From: Desulfonatronospira sp.
GTDB taxonomy: Bacteria; Desulfobacterota; Desulfovibrionia; Desulfovibrionales; Desulfonatronovibrionaceae
Assembly (NCBI GenBank): GCA_007127015.1
Contig: SLAE01000021.1
Coordinates: forward strand, 1-39,610
Length of the DNA stretch: 39,610 bases
Direction of reading: 5' to 3'
In this document: positions 39,075 to 39,610 of the stretch, piece after piece
Position numbering within the stretch: position 1 is the first letter of the stretch
Layout of the letters: every line of letters starts with the position of its first letter
Made by a program: the position numbers and the translations under genes
The notes under the pieces: model-generated
The model's input: only the letters and a program-made list of their open reading frames with translations
Told to the model about the DNA's origin: nothing
Database searches by the model: none

Positions 39075-39104
39075 TTGACCAGCTGTTTTAGTGACAGCTA
39101 TCAA
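39075..39104 (+). promoter_or_regulatory. Putative recN promoter with a palindrome in the spacer
   Basis: TTGACC(39075-80)-N18-TATCAA; AGCTGT-N7-ACAGCT at 39081-39099. Confidence 0.4.
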
Positions 39105-39115
39105 GGCAAAAGAAT

Positions 39116-39610
39116 ATGCTCGAGTTATTGCGGATAAAAAATCTGGCTTTGATCCAAGATATGGAGCTGGAGTTTCATTCCGGGCTTAATGTGCTGACCG
39201 GGGAATCAGGAGCAGGCAAAACATTTATTATGAAGGCCCTGGATTTTCTTCTGGGTGAAAAGATGTCCACGACCATGATCCGCCCGGGGCATGACAAGGC
39301 CGTGGTGGAGGGAATCTTCGTTCTGGATGAAAAGGAATATGTACTTAAAAGGGAGCTGGCTTACGTTTCCGGGAGAAGCCGCTTTTACCTCAACGACTCA
39401 TTAAGTTCTCTTGATACCATCCAATCTTTAAGAGAAAGACTTTTAATCCACACCAGCCAGCACGGCCAGCAAAAATTGTTGAAGCCCGGACAGCATATCC
39501 GGATTGTGGATGCTTTTCTTGAAGATTTTTCACTGCTTACGGCAAAAGACGAGGTTTTGAACAGTCTGCAGAAGTTGCTGGATCGAAAGGTGGAAATTCA
39601 AAAAAAACTG
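39116..39610 (+). CDS. recN: DNA repair protein RecN, 5' part (runs off window; not in ORF track)
   Basis: Manual translation MLELLRIKNLALIQDMELEFHSGLNVLTGESGAGKTFIMKALDFLLG...SRFYLND...HTSQHGQQKLL. Confidence 0.92.
   Translation, partial: MLELLRIKNLALIQDMELEFHSGLNVLTGESGAGKTFIMKALDFLLGEKMSTTMIRPGHDKAVVEGIFVLDEKEYVLKRELAYVSGRSRFYLNDSLSSLDTIQSLRERLLIHTSQHGQQKLLKPGQHIRIVDAFLEDFSLLTAKDEVLNSLQKLLDRKVEIQKKL

Noticed and set aside
1-39610. CRISPR arrays, tRNA/rRNA genes, IS elements, prophage or defence genes
   Set aside because: No spaced repeats, cloverleaf signatures, transposase, integrase or nuclease motifs seen by eye; short RNAs could have been missed without a covariance search

Overview
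Gene-dense chromosomal segment of roughly balanced GC. Gene content and synteny suggest a sulfate-reducing Desulfovibrionales-type bacterium; this is inferred, not searched. In order: acs, a PiT phosphate transporter, DUF47 and an orphan sigma-54 response regulator (+). Then a long minus-strand run: GGDEF-EAL and HDOD signalling genes; a five-gene ubiA-gtrA-dprE1-dprE2-GT-C cluster resembling the mycobacterial lipid-linked arabinofuranose pathway; a perR-rbr-rdl-rub-roo oxidative-stress cluster including a 53-aa rubredoxin missing from the ORF track; comEA; and an unknown membrane-anchored coiled-coil protein with a structured leader. Then an M23 peptidase, an M16C peptidase, ileS-lspA-lgt-PLDc_N-cpoB-NIL/ferredoxin, a vWA-OmpA protein, gpsA, an Opp/Dpp-type ABC transporter and the 5' part of recN. 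No rRNA, tRNA, CRISPR array or mobile element was seen. Best leads: (1) the putative polyprenyl-phospho-arabinofuranose glycosylation system with an unknown acceptor and no phosphatase gene; (2) an Lgt homolog that appears to lack the residues needed for catalysis; (3) a structured leader with a uORF and a duplicated start-codon context. All calls come from motif recognition by eye.
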